64,000 nt of DNA from Leptogorgia sarmentosa. Taxonomy: Eukaryota. The notes beneath the pieces were generated by a model. The model was not told the DNA's origin and made no database searches. It worked only from the letters and a program-made list of their open reading frames with translations. Below are positions 12,029 to 25,149 of this stretch, piece after piece. A program made the position numbers and the translations under genes. The stretch is from contig OZ210885.1 of the NCBI GenBank assembly GCA_964658305.1, positions 17,360,001-17,424,000 of the forward strand. The letters run 5' to 3'. Within the stretch, counting starts at the first letter, position 1. Each line of letters opens with the position of its first letter.

Positions 12029-14225
12029 ACAATTATATACAGTAGGTTATCATTATTTTTCTGTTTTGGTAGTCATAACCCCTAAAGATGGAAAATTTGT
12101 ACTGGGAAGTGATGCAAATGTCCAAAAACAAGAGCAACCATGGAAGAAATACCTCATCCCTAATGTTACGTCAGACCGGTTAACATATTTCAACTCTGTC
12201 AACATCCTTGTTCGGGCATGTCTTCAAAAATCTTCGAAGTTTTCATTGTAAAGTCATCTTCAGAACTTAAGATCACATGTATTTTTACGATGATATGCTA
12301 TGATTCTCTTATTTGATCATCGGTGGCTGACAGTTGACAGCTGAAGTACAGATGAAATGCAGCATAGTACGTAGTCCAGTAGTGTCATATTCCTGTTCAA
12401 TTTGGTGAGCCACACACAGTTTGTAAATTTAAATCATACAGCACAGTAATAGATTCCTCTAGTGTCGCACCATTTTACCGGCTCTGAAATGAAAATGTAC
12501 ATTGAATTAGTTTTCCCATGATGGTTTTTACTGGATCAAGTACTTATAAAAATTATATGACAGTACAGAGTATGCAGTCAAGGGGAACGGACGTGTATTT
12601 CGAAGCTCTCGAAATTTGCACCTATTTGCGATGTTTTATGTTTTCTATCTTATTTTGTATATATTTTTGAGTTGCAATGACTGCTATAATGGTGAATTTC
12701 AAAATGGAAACCTATCAAATATATCACAGGACGGAACGAAACGGCGGTGTTTAAAAGCTACCATCCATGTTAAAAGATCAAGGATGGCTATCACCCTGTA
12801 TAACAACTCAACTGCAACCTTTAGGGCGATTATTCAACTAGTGCATGACATTGAATTAAACCCGGGACCTAATCATTCTGTCGATCATCTTCAGAAAAAA
12901 GCGAACAGCCGAATAACAATTGCTCATCTTAATGTCCGCTCGTTAAAGTCTAGAGATCACTTTGTTCTCGTCAAAGAATCGATACTGGCTAACAAGTTTG
13001 AAAGTTTGACGTGTTTACGATATCCGAATCTTGGCTCGATGATTCCGTAAGTGATCTGGAGATTGAAGTTCCTGACTATAACCTGTATTGCCTCGATCGT
13101 GTTACAAAGAAAGGCAGAGGTGTTTGTGTTTACGTTTCACGAAATTACAAGACCCAGGTGCTTAGTGATATCATATAACCCAATCAGGGTTTCATCAACT
13201 TTGGCTAAATGTGCAGGTGGGCATGCTAAAAACATTTGCAGTTTGTACCGTTTATTGACCTCCAGATACCCTCTTATCATGTTTTGATTCAGACCTTGCG
13301 ACAAGCCTTACGTACGTAATGGCGTTGGACCAGCCAATCTACATACTCGGTGATTTTAATTGTGATCTTTTGAATGATCATTGTTAGGCCTCAAAAACCC
13401 AATAAATGCCCCAACTCGAGTAACCCTATCCTCTACATCACTTTTGGATATTGTTTTTGTATCTGATATAACACTAATTGAAAAAGTGAATGTTATGCAT
13501 AGTTCAATCATTTATGCAGTTTTGCGACTCAGGAAGCCCCGAAAAAGACCGGTATTTATTACTACAAGAAGTTTTAAACATTATCAACCGGGACAAATTT
13601 CGCAAAGATGTGTCCTTAGCTCCTTGGTCAATCGTAGACGTTTTTACTGATGTTGAAGACAAGTTGTATGCATTTCACTCCTTGTTTAACACTATTCTTC
13701 AAGATCATGCACCATTTAAAACAATCAAAGTCTGTGGTAAGCCGAACCCGTGCGTTACTGATAACATTCGTGGTTTAATGAGAACGAGACCACTGGCGAA
13801 AGAAAGCAAAGAAAACTAACGATGCGTTAGCGTGGTCTGCATATATAGTCAGGTGGCTTAGTGCATGAAAATAGCGAGATCTATACCGAGTGGACAAAAG
13901 CACCAAACTTTGCATGTAGATACTTTAGGGTATGCTGATCAATTGTAGGACCGTTGCCAAAATGTACCTCCCCAGGGTTCCTGTTAAGGGGGCAGTGAAG
14001 TTTGTCAATAATATTCCTCAATGGGGTACCTGTGGCAGATTTCTAAACAACCTTTATTTATCAAGAAATGGCAAACCAACAAGCAGCAAAAAACACAAAC
14101 GCTATATTTTGTCAAAATACAATAATAGCTGGACAACAATCGTTATTTTTGTATGACCCAGTTCATTTCACGCAGATCCTTAGGCAGTACTTTGGCAATA
14201 TATAATACATGAGAATTACAATCAT

Positions 14226-17200
14226 TCAAGATTCATTTATCTCGGATGTACTGAGACTACATGAGCAGTTACAAAGTGGAGTGCAGCTCAAATTGGCCTT
14301 TGCGCATTTACATCTCGTGCACTGTCGTTTGCAAGCGCACTTTAGCTGGCAACTCTTTGAAACCTCCGGAACGGTTAGCCACACTGGTTTCCATGTATGA
14401 CCCGCCTTGTACCAACCAAAGCCGTCAGGTGAAGGCACATCCTGATTGGTCACGTTGCTGGTGGTCCAAACGCCTGCCTGTAAGATGCATCTCTCAACAT
14501 GATGCAACAGTGCATTCTATGGGAGAAAATAAAGGATGTAAGTAGGCTTAGTTGTTAATATTTGCCCTACGTTCTATTTTAAAACGTGCGAATGATAGAC
14601 CAATTGTGGACAGACATTTATAGTATGTCAACCAATACCTGAGTTGGAGGAAGGTGATCGATATTTCCAGTGCGGCGGCAGAACAGATCCATTCTTGTCT
14701 CATTAACAGATCCATGTGGGCTTGTTTTGTCGTACATTACAACAATCATCTGCTTGATGTTTTGAAAATGATTGCTGTCTATGGACAACTGCTGGAATGG
14801 ATTTGAGGCAAGGAATTCCAGCGTTGGGGTAACGGTGTCACTGCAAAACTCCCAGGCTTGCCAGGCTGTCTTCTTGCTCTTTCCAAAGAATGCAGAGGTG
14901 GTGTCACGTCCTGTTAGCGCGTGGAACACAGGAAGTGAACGTGACCTTGAGACCCCAAGGGAAGCTGAGATTGCGTTTACGCTAAAGTATCGAAAGTTTC
15001 TGCCTGTCCCAAATGCTACCCATACATCTGATTCAGGATTTAGGTCACATAGGTCGACAAACTTCCCTACGAGTATGACAAGTATGTCGGTGTCCACCGT
15101 CCTAACAATGACCTTGTTATAGGTACGCAAGGCGTGTTGTAGGTGAACAACAATGCGGGTGTCTGCTTCCTCGTGATTGCAGTTCGGCATCTGATTTTCT
15201 CTGTCATTGGTTTCTACTGCCTCTCCTGTGAAAATAAAAGTCCTTCCGTTTATTTTAAATTATTGAAATTATAATTGAAACAACGTATTAACAACGGGAG
15301 TACCCGAAAAGCGAAATACGGGACGGCAGGGAGGTGCGACATATTTCAAGAGATCTCTCACGTATTTCCAGGTCTCTATAATGACTTTTTAATGACGCGA
15401 TAAAAAACCATCAACCCGAAATTTAAAATCTCATGTAGTATTTCCGGCGACCGGATAGTATGAAAACAAGAAAAAAAGGCATGTACCTGATGTTATGTAG
15501 ACGCTCTTGTTGGGAGCACACGTCATTCCAGCCACTTTGGATGTCAGAAACCGGAACAATTCTGTCTTGTTTTCAGAATCTCTAAGAAACTGCATCCAGT
15601 TACCAGGTAGTTTTGCTTGGTCTGAAACCTTTCGCCTGGTACCAGCTCCTCTTTTCTGTCTTGTAGACTCCTTAAGGCTACTAGGCACATAGATATCCCA
15701 TACGACATCCAGTCGATCTGAATGCTGCAATTGATTTTGCAGGTGTGGCAAGAACACTTTCTCAGCATAATCTTTAAAAGTGGTAGCACCAGTGGCGGGA
15801 AGACAATGCACTATTACAGCACCATCTAGGATTCGGCAACCAAAGTGATTAGGCGGGTCCAGTTGCTCTACGACTGGTAGGCATTCAAGGAGATTCGATT
15901 TCGCGGTTGGAAGACGCAGATTTCCATACACGGACAATGATGGTGGGAACGACTGTACCTCGTGCGCAAAAAACTCTTCTAGGTCACTTTCTCTGTTTTG
16001 CATAGCAATGTAAAGCTGCGCAAAGAGAGCGACGTTGTTTTGAAGAGCCGATATCGTTTTCGCTTGTTTGGAAGTTGACCTTGGCTTCGGATTCTTGAAC
16101 TTGGGTAAATTGTTCCTCTTGATGGTGTCATGGATTGACTTGGTTCGTTCAACAATAACTGTCTTTCGATAATCCGCATATTGCTGTTTCCCGATGCTTT
16201 CTAAGGTTTTGATCGTTTCTGCGACAGACACGTCCGCACAGTCTCTGCTGTCGAGCTTGAGCAATTCTGTAATGTCGTCCAGGAAAGGGTTGCCCATGCT
16301 TTGTATGGTATCTACAAGATTACACACCTGACATTGGAAGTGTTGCTGTGTTGCCTGCCCAGCTTTATGATTCTCAAACTTCGGATCATCCGGATCGTCG
16401 TTAGGTAGGTATTTCTCATCAAACTCGGTTATAATTCTTGCTGCCTCTGGGCCAGAAAGCATCCACCTCCTATTAAGGAATATATATGGACACAACTAAG
16501 ATCTTGTCTAGAAAAAATATTTGCAATGGGTTGTTTCAGAAAGACCTACCAAAACGCACTTGGATTCTCCGTAAGTCCAACAGCTCCACCAGATGACTTC
16601 ACGTTTTTGTTCATCTGCTCATGTGCCTGATCGATTGGCATCAACGAGAACTTATTGCGTGTCTTAGAAATAACTCTTTCTTCATTGAAACAGGAAGGGA
16701 TCTCATGTCACGCAAGTGGATTGGAACTCATCTCGCGTAGTTTACGTGGTCGAGGGCAAAGAAGAGATGCACCAGCTCTTCCAAAACTTGGACATAGAGT
16801 GAAAAGCACTTTTCTCTATGGGCTCGCACAAACATCAGGATCATTGTTTCGTAGCGCATGATCATATCCCAGAATCGAAAAGTTGGACTTCTCCCGCCTA
16901 ATTTGGTCTCCCACGCATGAAAGGATAGCTGGCTTTCAGAATCAACTCTCTGCGCATAGGCTTCTTTCTTCAACTTGTGCAGAGCGAGGAGGGTGATCTG
17001 ATGAGCATGTCTGCAATTAATGTTTGGAATTTAGTCAAATCAATCACTTCGAGTTACGGTATGTTTTAAATTTAATGTTCGCACGGATTGTGTATATAAT
17101 TTTATATGATTGCGGCCGCTACACATTGCACTTGGATCGCGCTTTACATACCAAGCGATTTTTGTTGCCTTTGGCATTATTACACAACAGTAATCTCAGT

Positions 17201-19421
17201 GATTATATTCTATTCTAAAAATGGACATGTAGTTACATTCCTAGCCTCACGATATGAAAATCTCTAGTAAGGCCTATTTACCTTACCTTGTTCTTGTTAG
17301 ATGTGATGCCTTCAGGAATGACTCCACGACACCAGACGACGCTATCTCCGCTTCCACTAAGGCTACAGTCCAACCCGATGACTCAAGAAGGTCTCCCAGC
17401 GTGTTCCACAGAGCCATCTCCATGTGTAAACCACCAAACATTACCACAAACTTGTCTTCCCCATATGTCTCCTGCCATTTCCACTGCACAAGTTTTGCCA
17501 AGGCAAACAAGGGTTGGTCAAAGGCTATCACCGGAATCTGGCTCGGGTTTAGGAACTCGTTAGCTTTCTTTACCACATCCATGCCATGCTTTATCATAGC
17601 CGGGGTGGCTGCTTTCTCGTAAAAGAGGGGCAAAAGGGCGGATATAGCAGGAGGGTCTTTCGAAGCTGATTGATTAACTGAGTGAAAGGCAGACCAAGCT
17701 ATCTTGTTTTCTGACGTCAGAGATTCTTTCTCAAGGAGTTCAAGAGAATGCTACACCCATTCGCTTTCTCGAGCTTTATTCTCATCTAGTGAGTTACCAA
17801 ATTCACTTAGAACACGAGCAGGTACTGATGTGGATGTCGTCTTCAGTTCTACTGCGGGAACAACAGCGTAACTGTCAGGGAGAGATTGCGTTGACCTCGT
17901 ATTTAGTGGTATGGTGATTGGCGGGCGACTCTGGCCAGGGTTGCTCTCTGTGGCGCACTGGAACATGCTGATGCCTGTTCCATGGAAGGACGATGCGGCT
18001 GTCGTTGAACTTGGGTTGTGGTCGATATTATCGAGAGCAGCTACCGAAAATAGACCCTTTTTTAGACATGCGGGAGCCACACATCCATCATCGGTAAAAC
18101 GTTGAGACATTGCTGTTGCGAACCAGTCCTTTATTTCCATGATTCTGTCATACGAAGCAGATAATTCCAGCTGATAAAGCATAGTTATTAGAGTTTTGCA
18201 TCTTGTCAGGGAGTGGATGCTGAACCCTATGTATATCGGCAACGGCGGTTCGCGCGTACGGGCATGGCGCTCAAACTTGGACGATCGTTTCTTCGAATTG
18301 AACAGGATTGTTTGACAGACTGTGAGGCATGGCTGCGATTCGGTGTGCGCTTGCTCCTTCAGGCTTACTCCATTTAGGATCAATGAAACCAGAGTTTTTA
18401 AGCTTGCTGGTACTGACTTCTCTTGACATTCAACAGGAAAATCACCGGAAAATGTAAAACCTTCGTGCGAAAACATGTCCTGGCGGACTATCTTTGCAGC
18501 TCGTGCTAACGTAATCACGTCATCAGAATAATCCCTCTCATTTAACATTTTTTTGACGATACTCTGTAAGCCTTTTTTAAAAACAATCACCGTCTGTCGT
18601 CCATCCGTCTGTTCCTGCGCTTCTGGAAATTCTTGCAATAACCTGTTTTTCAGTCTGAAGCGGTTTACCGATTTCTCAATTCCAAAGTCTCTTAGCCGAG
18701 ACTCGTAAAGGCCGTGTAGTTCACTTAAGATGAAGAAGTGGGTATCGTTCTCTAATGCATCGTTTTTAAATTCTAAAAGTTCAACAAACGCTCTAGACTC
18801 ATGGATTTGGTTGTCTTCTTCTGCCTCCCACGTAGATTCACTTATCTTTCTCCGCTCCTCAGCGCGATCCAGGTTTCTCAAATTCGTCAAACAGCGCATG
18901 TGATATTTGGTCTCTATTGCAACTAAGTCTCCTTCTGACATCCTACAGAGAAGTTCAAAGTTTTTCACATTGCTTGCTATACGCCTGAGATTTTTGTCTG
19001 CCTCGAGAGAACAAAAACTGTGGAGCGAGCCTCCTTCTTCATTACATATGATGCATTTGTTGCAGCTAAGCGTGCTGCTATTCTGCCTCCGAGACCTTTT
19101 ATCACATGTTACATTAAATTCCACATCTTTTGTTCCACATTTGCCTGCCTTTTCCTCTGCCCTTTTAAGTCTTGATGAGCTGAACTTCAGATGACAAGAC
19201 TGATGCCATTTAGCTTTCTTCGCGACTAATGTCTCTAGTGTTGTATTATCAAGGTCTAACTTCAGTTCCGGAGGAAGATAACCCAGGTTTTTCAACATGG
19301 CTGCATTGTCCAAAAAGAGGCTGTATGCGTCAGTATTGAATGAGTGGGCTTTTTGTGGGCATCTCAGATTTTCGCTTGTCGACTCCTGACATATGATGCA
19401 TGTCTCCCAGTCAATTTCCAT
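14226..19421 (-). pseudogene. AcademX transposase-XPG-Cys8 polyprotein (about 5 exons, premature stops)
   Basis: Motifs ALDNIDH, AFDQPL, GGLHMEM, DQAHEQ, ILDGAV, HEEADTR, DTDILV, LTG(R)DTTS, CACKRQCTRCKCAKANLSCTPLCNC. GT-AG introns e.g. 17286-17011 and 16549-16470. In-frame stops at 17751 and 16728. Confidence 0.88.
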
Positions 19422-19710
19422 GGCAATTTACGTTTTTTTTTGACAACATTTCTTGGGCAGAAACTGTTAAACTTGAACGGAATTGTTCGGCCATAAACAC
19501 GAATAAACCACAAACTGACTACATATTGAGACCGAAATAAACGATATATTAAAATATGAAAACATGTGTTCATATAAGTCACATGACTTGACTACTGATC
19601 TATATATATGTATAACTGGACTTATAGTTCAATAGTTTTGCACTGACGCACGATTAAATATTTCCAACACTCCCTCTCAAAATATGAACTATAACTTGTC
19701 TTAATGTAAT

Positions 19711-21249
19711 CTAAAGAGTGTGCCCCACTCCCATAAGTCCACGTAAGCGTTGAAATAAAGTTTTGCCTAATGGTTTCGTTAATAAGTCTGCCAACATTTG
19801 TTCCGTGGGACAATAGTCCAAAACTAATTCTTTCTTCGCTACTTTGTCACGAACAAAGTGACATTTAATGTCAATATGCTTTGTTCTAGGATGATACTTC
19901 GGATTTTTCGACAATGCGATGGCTCCTTGATTGTCTTCTTTAATCATCGTTGGTTCCTTTTGAGGAAAGCCCATGTCCCCGAGCAATACTCTTAGCCAAA
20001 CTGCTTCTTGACTTGCCAATGAGGCAGCTACGTATTCTGCCTCAGTTGATGAAAGTGCAACAACGTTTTGTTTCATGCTAGCCCAACTGATCACTCCTCC
20101 ACATACTGTGAACAAATATCCTGCTTGCGATTTCGGTCCATTAGGATTGCTTCCCCAATCAGCATCAACATAGCCTTCTAATTTCACATCAGTTACTTTG
20201 TTCCCATCGAATGTGATTCCGTAATCAATTGTTCCTTTGATGTATCGTAGAATGCGTTTTGCCGCTTTCCAGTGTTCTTCTCCTGGGTTGGAAGAAAATT
20301 GGTTCACCGTTCCTAACGCTTGAGCAAGGTCACGTCTCGTTCCGGTTACTGCGTAGGTCAATCCCCCGACCAATGCTTGGTATTTCTCCCTTTCGACTGA
20401 TTCTCCTTCATTTGGTAGTAGCTTCGTACTTTGATCCACTGGTGTCGCAGCTGGTTTACAATCTTGCATACCGAATTTCTCTAATAAATTTGTAAGGTAC
20501 TTCGCTTGATGCAATTTCATTCGCTTGTTATCTTTGTCTCGTTCTACTTGAAGTCCCAAACAGTAGTGTACTTCTCCGAGATCTTTCATGTCGAATCGTT
20601 CTCGCAAAGCAGCTTTCTCTCTGCGTAGCATACTTGCGTCATTGCTTGCAGGTATCAGATCATCGACATATAAGGCAATGAGCATAATGTTCTCTCCCTC
20701 TCGCTTGATGTAGATACACGGATCTGAAGTCGATTTCGTATAGCCTGATTTCTCTAAAAACTCATCGATCGTGTTGAACCAGCATCGTGACGACTGTTTC
20801 AGTCCGTAAATGCTTTTGTTCAACTTGCAGACCAATTCTTCTTTTCCTTCTTTCACATATCCTTCGGGTTGAGACATGTAAATTTCTTCTTCTAATTCAC
20901 CGTTTAAGAACGCTGTAGAAACATCCATCTGATGTACTTCTAAATTCAACTGGTTTGCAATTGCCAACAGTGAACGAATCGATGTATACTTTGCTACCGG
21001 TGAGAAGGTTTCTTCATAATCTAGACCGGGTTTTTGTGAATATCCTTTCGCCACCAAACGAGCTTTGTATCGTTCTACCGATCCATCTGCTTTGTACTTA
21101 ACTTTGAATACCCATCTGGAATCTATAGCTTTACGGCCTTCGGGTAGATCTGTCAAAGTCCACGTATTATTTTTCATATGTGCTGAGTATTCATTGTCCA
21201 GCGCACGTTTCCACTGTTCTTTATCTGAACCTTTCAGAGCTTCTTCCAT
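19711..21249 (-). CDS. Copia reverse transcriptase-RNase H
   Basis: ORF 512 aa: YKARLVAKGY, QMDVSTAFL, LYVDD, YVDADW, SSTEAEY, ADLLTKPL. Confidence 0.93.
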   Translation of the reverse strand: MEEALKGSDKEQWKRALDNEYSAHMKNNTWTLTDLPEGRKAIDSRWVFKVKYKADGSVERYKARLVAKGYSQKPGLDYEETFSPVAKYTSIRSLLAIANQLNLEVHQMDVSTAFLNGELEEEIYMSQPEGYVKEGKEELVCKLNKSIYGLKQSSRCWFNTIDEFLEKSGYTKSTSDPCIYIKREGENIMLIALYVDDLIPASNDASMLRREKAALRERFDMKDLGEVHYCLGLQVERDKDNKRMKLHQAKYLTNLLEKFGMQDCKPAATPVDQSTKLLPNEGESVEREKYQALVGGLTYAVTGTRRDLAQALGTVNQFSSNPGEEHWKAAKRILRYIKGTIDYGITFDGNKVTDVKLEGYVDADWGSNPNGPKSQAGYLFTVCGGVISWASMKQNVVALSSTEAEYVAASLASQEAVWLRVLLGDMGFPQKEPTMIKEDNQGAIALSKNPKYHPRTKHIDIKCHFVRDKVAKKELVLDYCPTEQMLADLLTKPLGKTLFQRLRGLMGVGHTL

Positions 21250-21262
21250 AGTGGTGGGCTCT

Positions 21263-23629
21263 TCAGAACTGTGCTCGCCATCGATACATGCAACATTGTT
21301 TTGCCATTTGTTTTGGAGGTTCTCGCTTGCGCGTCGATCGTCGTGGTGGTTCCTCCATATCTGTTTCTTCGGTGTTTGTTTCTTCGGTATTTGTTTCTTC
21401 GGTGTTTGTTTCTTCGGTGCTTTCAGGTATTAAGTCAGAGTCACCTATGTCAAAGACTTGAGTGTCTTCCTTGTGTTGAATGAATTGATCTTCATCGAAT
21501 AAGACATCTCTGGATATGCAGATCTTTCTGCTGATGGGTTCATAGAGTCTATATCCTTTGCTTGTAATACTGTATCCAACAAATATACATTTCTTGGTCT
21601 TCGAATCCCATTTCTTACGGTTTTCTTTAGGAACATGCATGTAAGCTTTGCATCCAAATACTCTAAAATGTGACACATCTGGTTTCTTTTCATAAAAACA
21701 TTCATACGGAGTCATATTGTCTACTGCAACTGTAGGACTTCGATTTCTAATCATAACTGCCGTGCAGACTGCCTCAGCCCAAAACTTCTTGTCCAGTCCT
21801 GCATTATGCATCATGGATCGTGCAGTTTCTTGAATAGTTCTATTCATTCTCTCTGAAACACCATTCTGCTGTGGTGTTCTAGGCACACTGAGCTGATGCT
21901 GGATTCCCTTTTCTTTAAGGTAATTGGAAAATTCTTTGGATGTGTACTCACCGCCGTTATCGGATCGAAGGATCTTTATTTTCTTCTCTGTCATATTTGT
22001 AATCATTGTCTCATACTCTTTGAACTTCTCAAGTACTTCATCTTTCGTCTTCATGAAATAGACTGCAGTGAACCTGGATTTATCATCAATGAAAGTCACG
22101 AAGTAACGACTTCCCCCGAGACTGTTCTCTTGCATCGGTCCACAAACATCGCTGTGTACAATTTCCAGAATTTCATTTGCCCGAGTCGCCTGTCCCTTTG
22201 GGAATGATGCTCGTTTTTGCTTACCATGTGCACAACCTTCACAAAATTCTGACTCTTGAGCTGATAGAAAGTTCATTCCAGTTACTAATTTCTGATCTCG
22301 TAACAGGCGCAAATTGTTTGTACTCAAATGTCCGTATCTCTGATGCCATAAATTTTCAAGATGCTCATTTGAAGCAACATTGACATCATGGGATTTCACA
22401 TTCTTTTCTTCAACATCAAGCACGTACAAGTTATTTTGCATTTTACCAGAGCCTGATACATTTCTAGCCTTATCAAGAATCACACATCCACTCTGTTGGA
22501 GCTCAATAGAATATCCTCGCTTAGCAGCAGCACTTACTGAGAATAGATTCTTTGCTAAGTCTGGAACATGCAGGACATCAACTAATCTGGCCGGTTTGTA
22601 ACCATTTCCTGCTTTAATGTCAAACCAAATATTTCCTTTGCCATATGCTTGGACTACTTGATTATCACCCAAACATACCTTTTGAGGATTATCAAAATGA
22701 ACATAGTCTACCATCATTTCCTTATCGTATGACATATGCTGCGAAGCACCTGAGTCAATGTACCATGTCAAATCCTTTTGATTCACACGTTCCGATGACC
22801 AAAATGATGCATGTTCTGTAGATGCATTGTATGATGCACTATTTTGTTTCTCTTTGCCCTCCTTTGGTTTCTCTTTCTTGGGTTTACGACATTCTCTTGC
22901 CCAATGTCCTGGTATTCCACAATTATGACATTTGCCTTTTCTCTTGGGTCTCGTTCTCTGATTTGATCGATCATGCTTGGATAATAAGGCTCGTTCTCCA
23001 GCATCCGGGGTTAACAAATTTTCCTTCCGCTTGTGTTCCTCATGAAGTAATCTTGCAGTAACAAATTCTAATGTCAAATCATCAGCACGGGATTCTAAAG
23101 CTGTGATTAAACCACTATACGATTCAGGGAGACTACACAAGAGCGTTGCAACTTGGTCATCCTCAGTAATAGATGCACCCACTGCTTCCAGTTGACTTGC
23201 CAGCTCTTTCATTTTGTTGATGTGTTCACTCATTGACTCATCAACTCCCATAGACATAGTAAAATACTTCTTACGCAAAAATAGTTTATTTGCCAAGGAC
23301 TTTACCTCGTAATGACTTTCAAGTTTCGACCATGCTTCCTCTGCTGTTGTAGCCGTACGAACAAGAGACAATTGTTCATCGCCCAAGGACAGACAAATTG
23401 TAGCGAGAGCTTTTCTTTCCCGTCTTTGAAATTGCCGATGTTGAGTATCAGTAGTTTCTTCCCCTTCAGGTTCTACCTCATCGCCCTTAACAATGTTCCA
23501 GAGATCCTTCTCCTCCAGAACCATTTGCATTTTAAATTTCCACAGGTGAAAATTCTCTCCTTTAAACTTTTCAATACGCAACAGCGATCCATGTTCGTCA
23601 TTTACGGAGGTCGCCATACACAAGCTCAA
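21263..23629 (-). CDS. Copia gag-protease-integrase
   Basis: ORF 788 aa with CCHC knuckle, WYIDSGAS, HHCC, SDVCGP/RSDNGGEY/NGVSERMN. EETNT 15-bp tandem repeat at ~21361-21420. Confidence 0.92.
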   Translation of the reverse strand: MSLCMATSVNDEHGSLLRIEKFKGENFHLWKFKMQMVLEEKDLWNIVKGDEVEPEGEETTDTQHRQFQRRERKALATICLSLGDEQLSLVRTATTAEEAWSKLESHYEVKSLANKLFLRKKYFTMSMGVDESMSEHINKMKELASQLEAVGASITEDDQVATLLCSLPESYSGLITALESRADDLTLEFVTARLLHEEHKRKENLLTPDAGERALLSKHDRSNQRTRPKRKGKCHNCGIPGHWARECRKPKKEKPKEGKEKQNSASYNASTEHASFWSSERVNQKDLTWYIDSGASQHMSYDKEMMVDYVHFDNPQKVCLGDNQVVQAYGKGNIWFDIKAGNGYKPARLVDVLHVPDLAKNLFSVSAAAKRGYSIELQQSGCVILDKARNVSGSGKMQNNLYVLDVEEKNVKSHDVNVASNEHLENLWHQRYGHLSTNNLRLLRDQKLVTGMNFLSAQESEFCEGCAHGKQKRASFPKGQATRANEILEIVHSDVCGPMQENSLGGSRYFVTFIDDKSRFTAVYFMKTKDEVLEKFKEYETMITNMTEKKIKILRSDNGGEYTSKEFSNYLKEKGIQHQLSVPRTPQQNGVSERMNRTIQETARSMMHNAGLDKKFWAEAVCTAVMIRNRSPTVAVDNMTPYECFYEKKPDVSHFRVFGCKAYMHVPKENRKKWDSKTKKCIFVGYSITSKGYRLYEPISRKICISRDVLFDEDQFIQHKEDTQVFDIGDSDLIPESTEETNTEETNTEETNTEETDMEEPPRRSTRKREPPKQMAKQCCMYRWRAQF

Positions 23630-25149
23630 AATCGTCGATTTCGCGTCTAATTTCTTATGATAAACACATCAGAAGCCGAACACGCGCTCCTGGGCCCATA
23701 ACCTGTTAAACTTGAACGGAATTGTTCGGCCATAAACGCGAATAAACCACAAACTGACTACATATTGAGACCGAAATAAACGATATATCAAAATATGAAA
23801 ACATGTGTTCATATAAGTCACATGACTTGACTACTGATCTATATATATGTATAACTGGACTTATAGTTCAATAGTTTTGCACTGACGCACGATTAAATAT
23901 TTCCAACAGAAACTAGGGCTAAAAGGACTTCGACAGCGAAAACAAGCGAATCCTTTGTATTTCAATGAAAAACAACCAAAAAGATACCATGAAACAAAAA
24001 TTCACCACCCAGATTATTAAAATTATCTTTTAAAGTCATGATCGAACAATATTTCAGTCAGGAAAAGGCAATTTTCGTGTGTACTTACATGACATGTAGA
24101 AAGGATTGATGACAGCCATCTTGGATGGCCGCGTGGGGACTGGGTACGAGTAAGGCACAAATTTCCTCTAGAACGACTGTTTTTTTTAACTTTCAGGCAT
24201 TTTTTTCACAATTAAGAGGTGTTTGACGTATTTTCCATCATTTATATAGTTGTTACTTGATTTCCCACAGAATCAGACCAAATATATTGATTTTAAGAAT
24301 ATCCGCCACAGGTACCCCATGAAGGAATATTATTGACAAACTTCACTGCCCCCTTAACAGGAACCCTGGGGAGGTACATTTTGGCAACGGTCCTACAATT
24401 GATCAGCATACCCTAAAGTATCTACATGCAAACTTTGGTGCTTTTGTCCACTCGGTATAGATCTCGACATTTAGCCACCTGACTAATAGGAACTTTAGAA
24501 ACGAAGTTAAGCGCGAAATAAGACTTGCCGAAAAAGAATTTGTAGCAAATCAGATACAAAAGAGTCCAAATAATGTAAACAATATTTGGAAAGCAATCCG
24601 CACCTGTATACCCAAGAAATCATCCTCAACACACAGTTTTACCAAAGATGAAAAAATTATTGCAAGTGAATTTAATCAGTTTTTTGCCCTGTAGGACCTA
24701 ACACTGTTGAAAAAGTTAAATCTTTATTAACTGACAACTGACGAAATACTTCATGCCATCGATCAGAAAAACCAGTCACAAGCATTAGTCACAAGATCCT
24801 GCTAGCCAAGTTACAAGACGTAGGGGCCTCCTATTCTGCGATTCAGTGGTTTCGTAGTTATCTCAGTGAAAGAAGACAAGTGGTCAGAATTAATTCAGTT
24901 ATTTCTGAAGCACTACCCTTGGTAAGTGGAGTACCTCGAGGGAGTATCTTAGGTCCACTCCTTTTCAATATTTACATCAACGACCTACCTACCGCACCTA
25001 AAAGATGCAGTACAGATTGTTATGTCGACCATACCAAGCTACTGTTGACCTTTTCTTTACAGAATGTGCAACATGCTTTTAATGACGTAAATGAGGATTT
25101 AGTTAATGTGAGAAACTGGTGCTTTGACAACTACCTTCTCATGAATGCA

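Larger units (their letters stand above)
19465..23908 (-). mobile_element. Ty1/Copia LTR retrotransposon, near intact (one frameshift near 21260)
   Basis: 205-bp LTRs 19465-19669 and 23704-23908 (2 mismatches seen), perfect TSD GAAAC. PBS GGTTATGGGCCCAG 23690-23703; PPT TTGAGAGGGAG. Gag CHNCGIPGHWAREC, protease DSGAS, integrase before RT (YVDD) and RNase H (DADW). Confidence 0.97.
13846..24485 (-). mobile_element. Academ (AcademX) DNA transposon, pseudogenised, with nested Copia
   Basis: TAG..CTA termini, ~190-bp TIRs (13846-14040 / 24301-24485), 3-bp TSD ATA (13843-45 / 24486-88). Multi-exon ORF with DDE core, XPG-like nuclease and a C-terminal Cys8 cluster. Confidence 0.93.
12600..25149 (+). 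mobile_element. Degenerate CR1/L2-group LINE (2A-like peptide, APE endonuclease, RT), split by AcademX into 12600-13845 and 24486-25149
   Basis: DIELNPGP at 12847-12870; HLNVRSL and LGDFNCD endonuclease motifs. AWSAY|RNFRNEVKRE is rejoined across the Academ insertion. RT motifs SGVPRGSILGPLLFNIYINDL and YVDH in 24880..25227. Confidence 0.88.
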
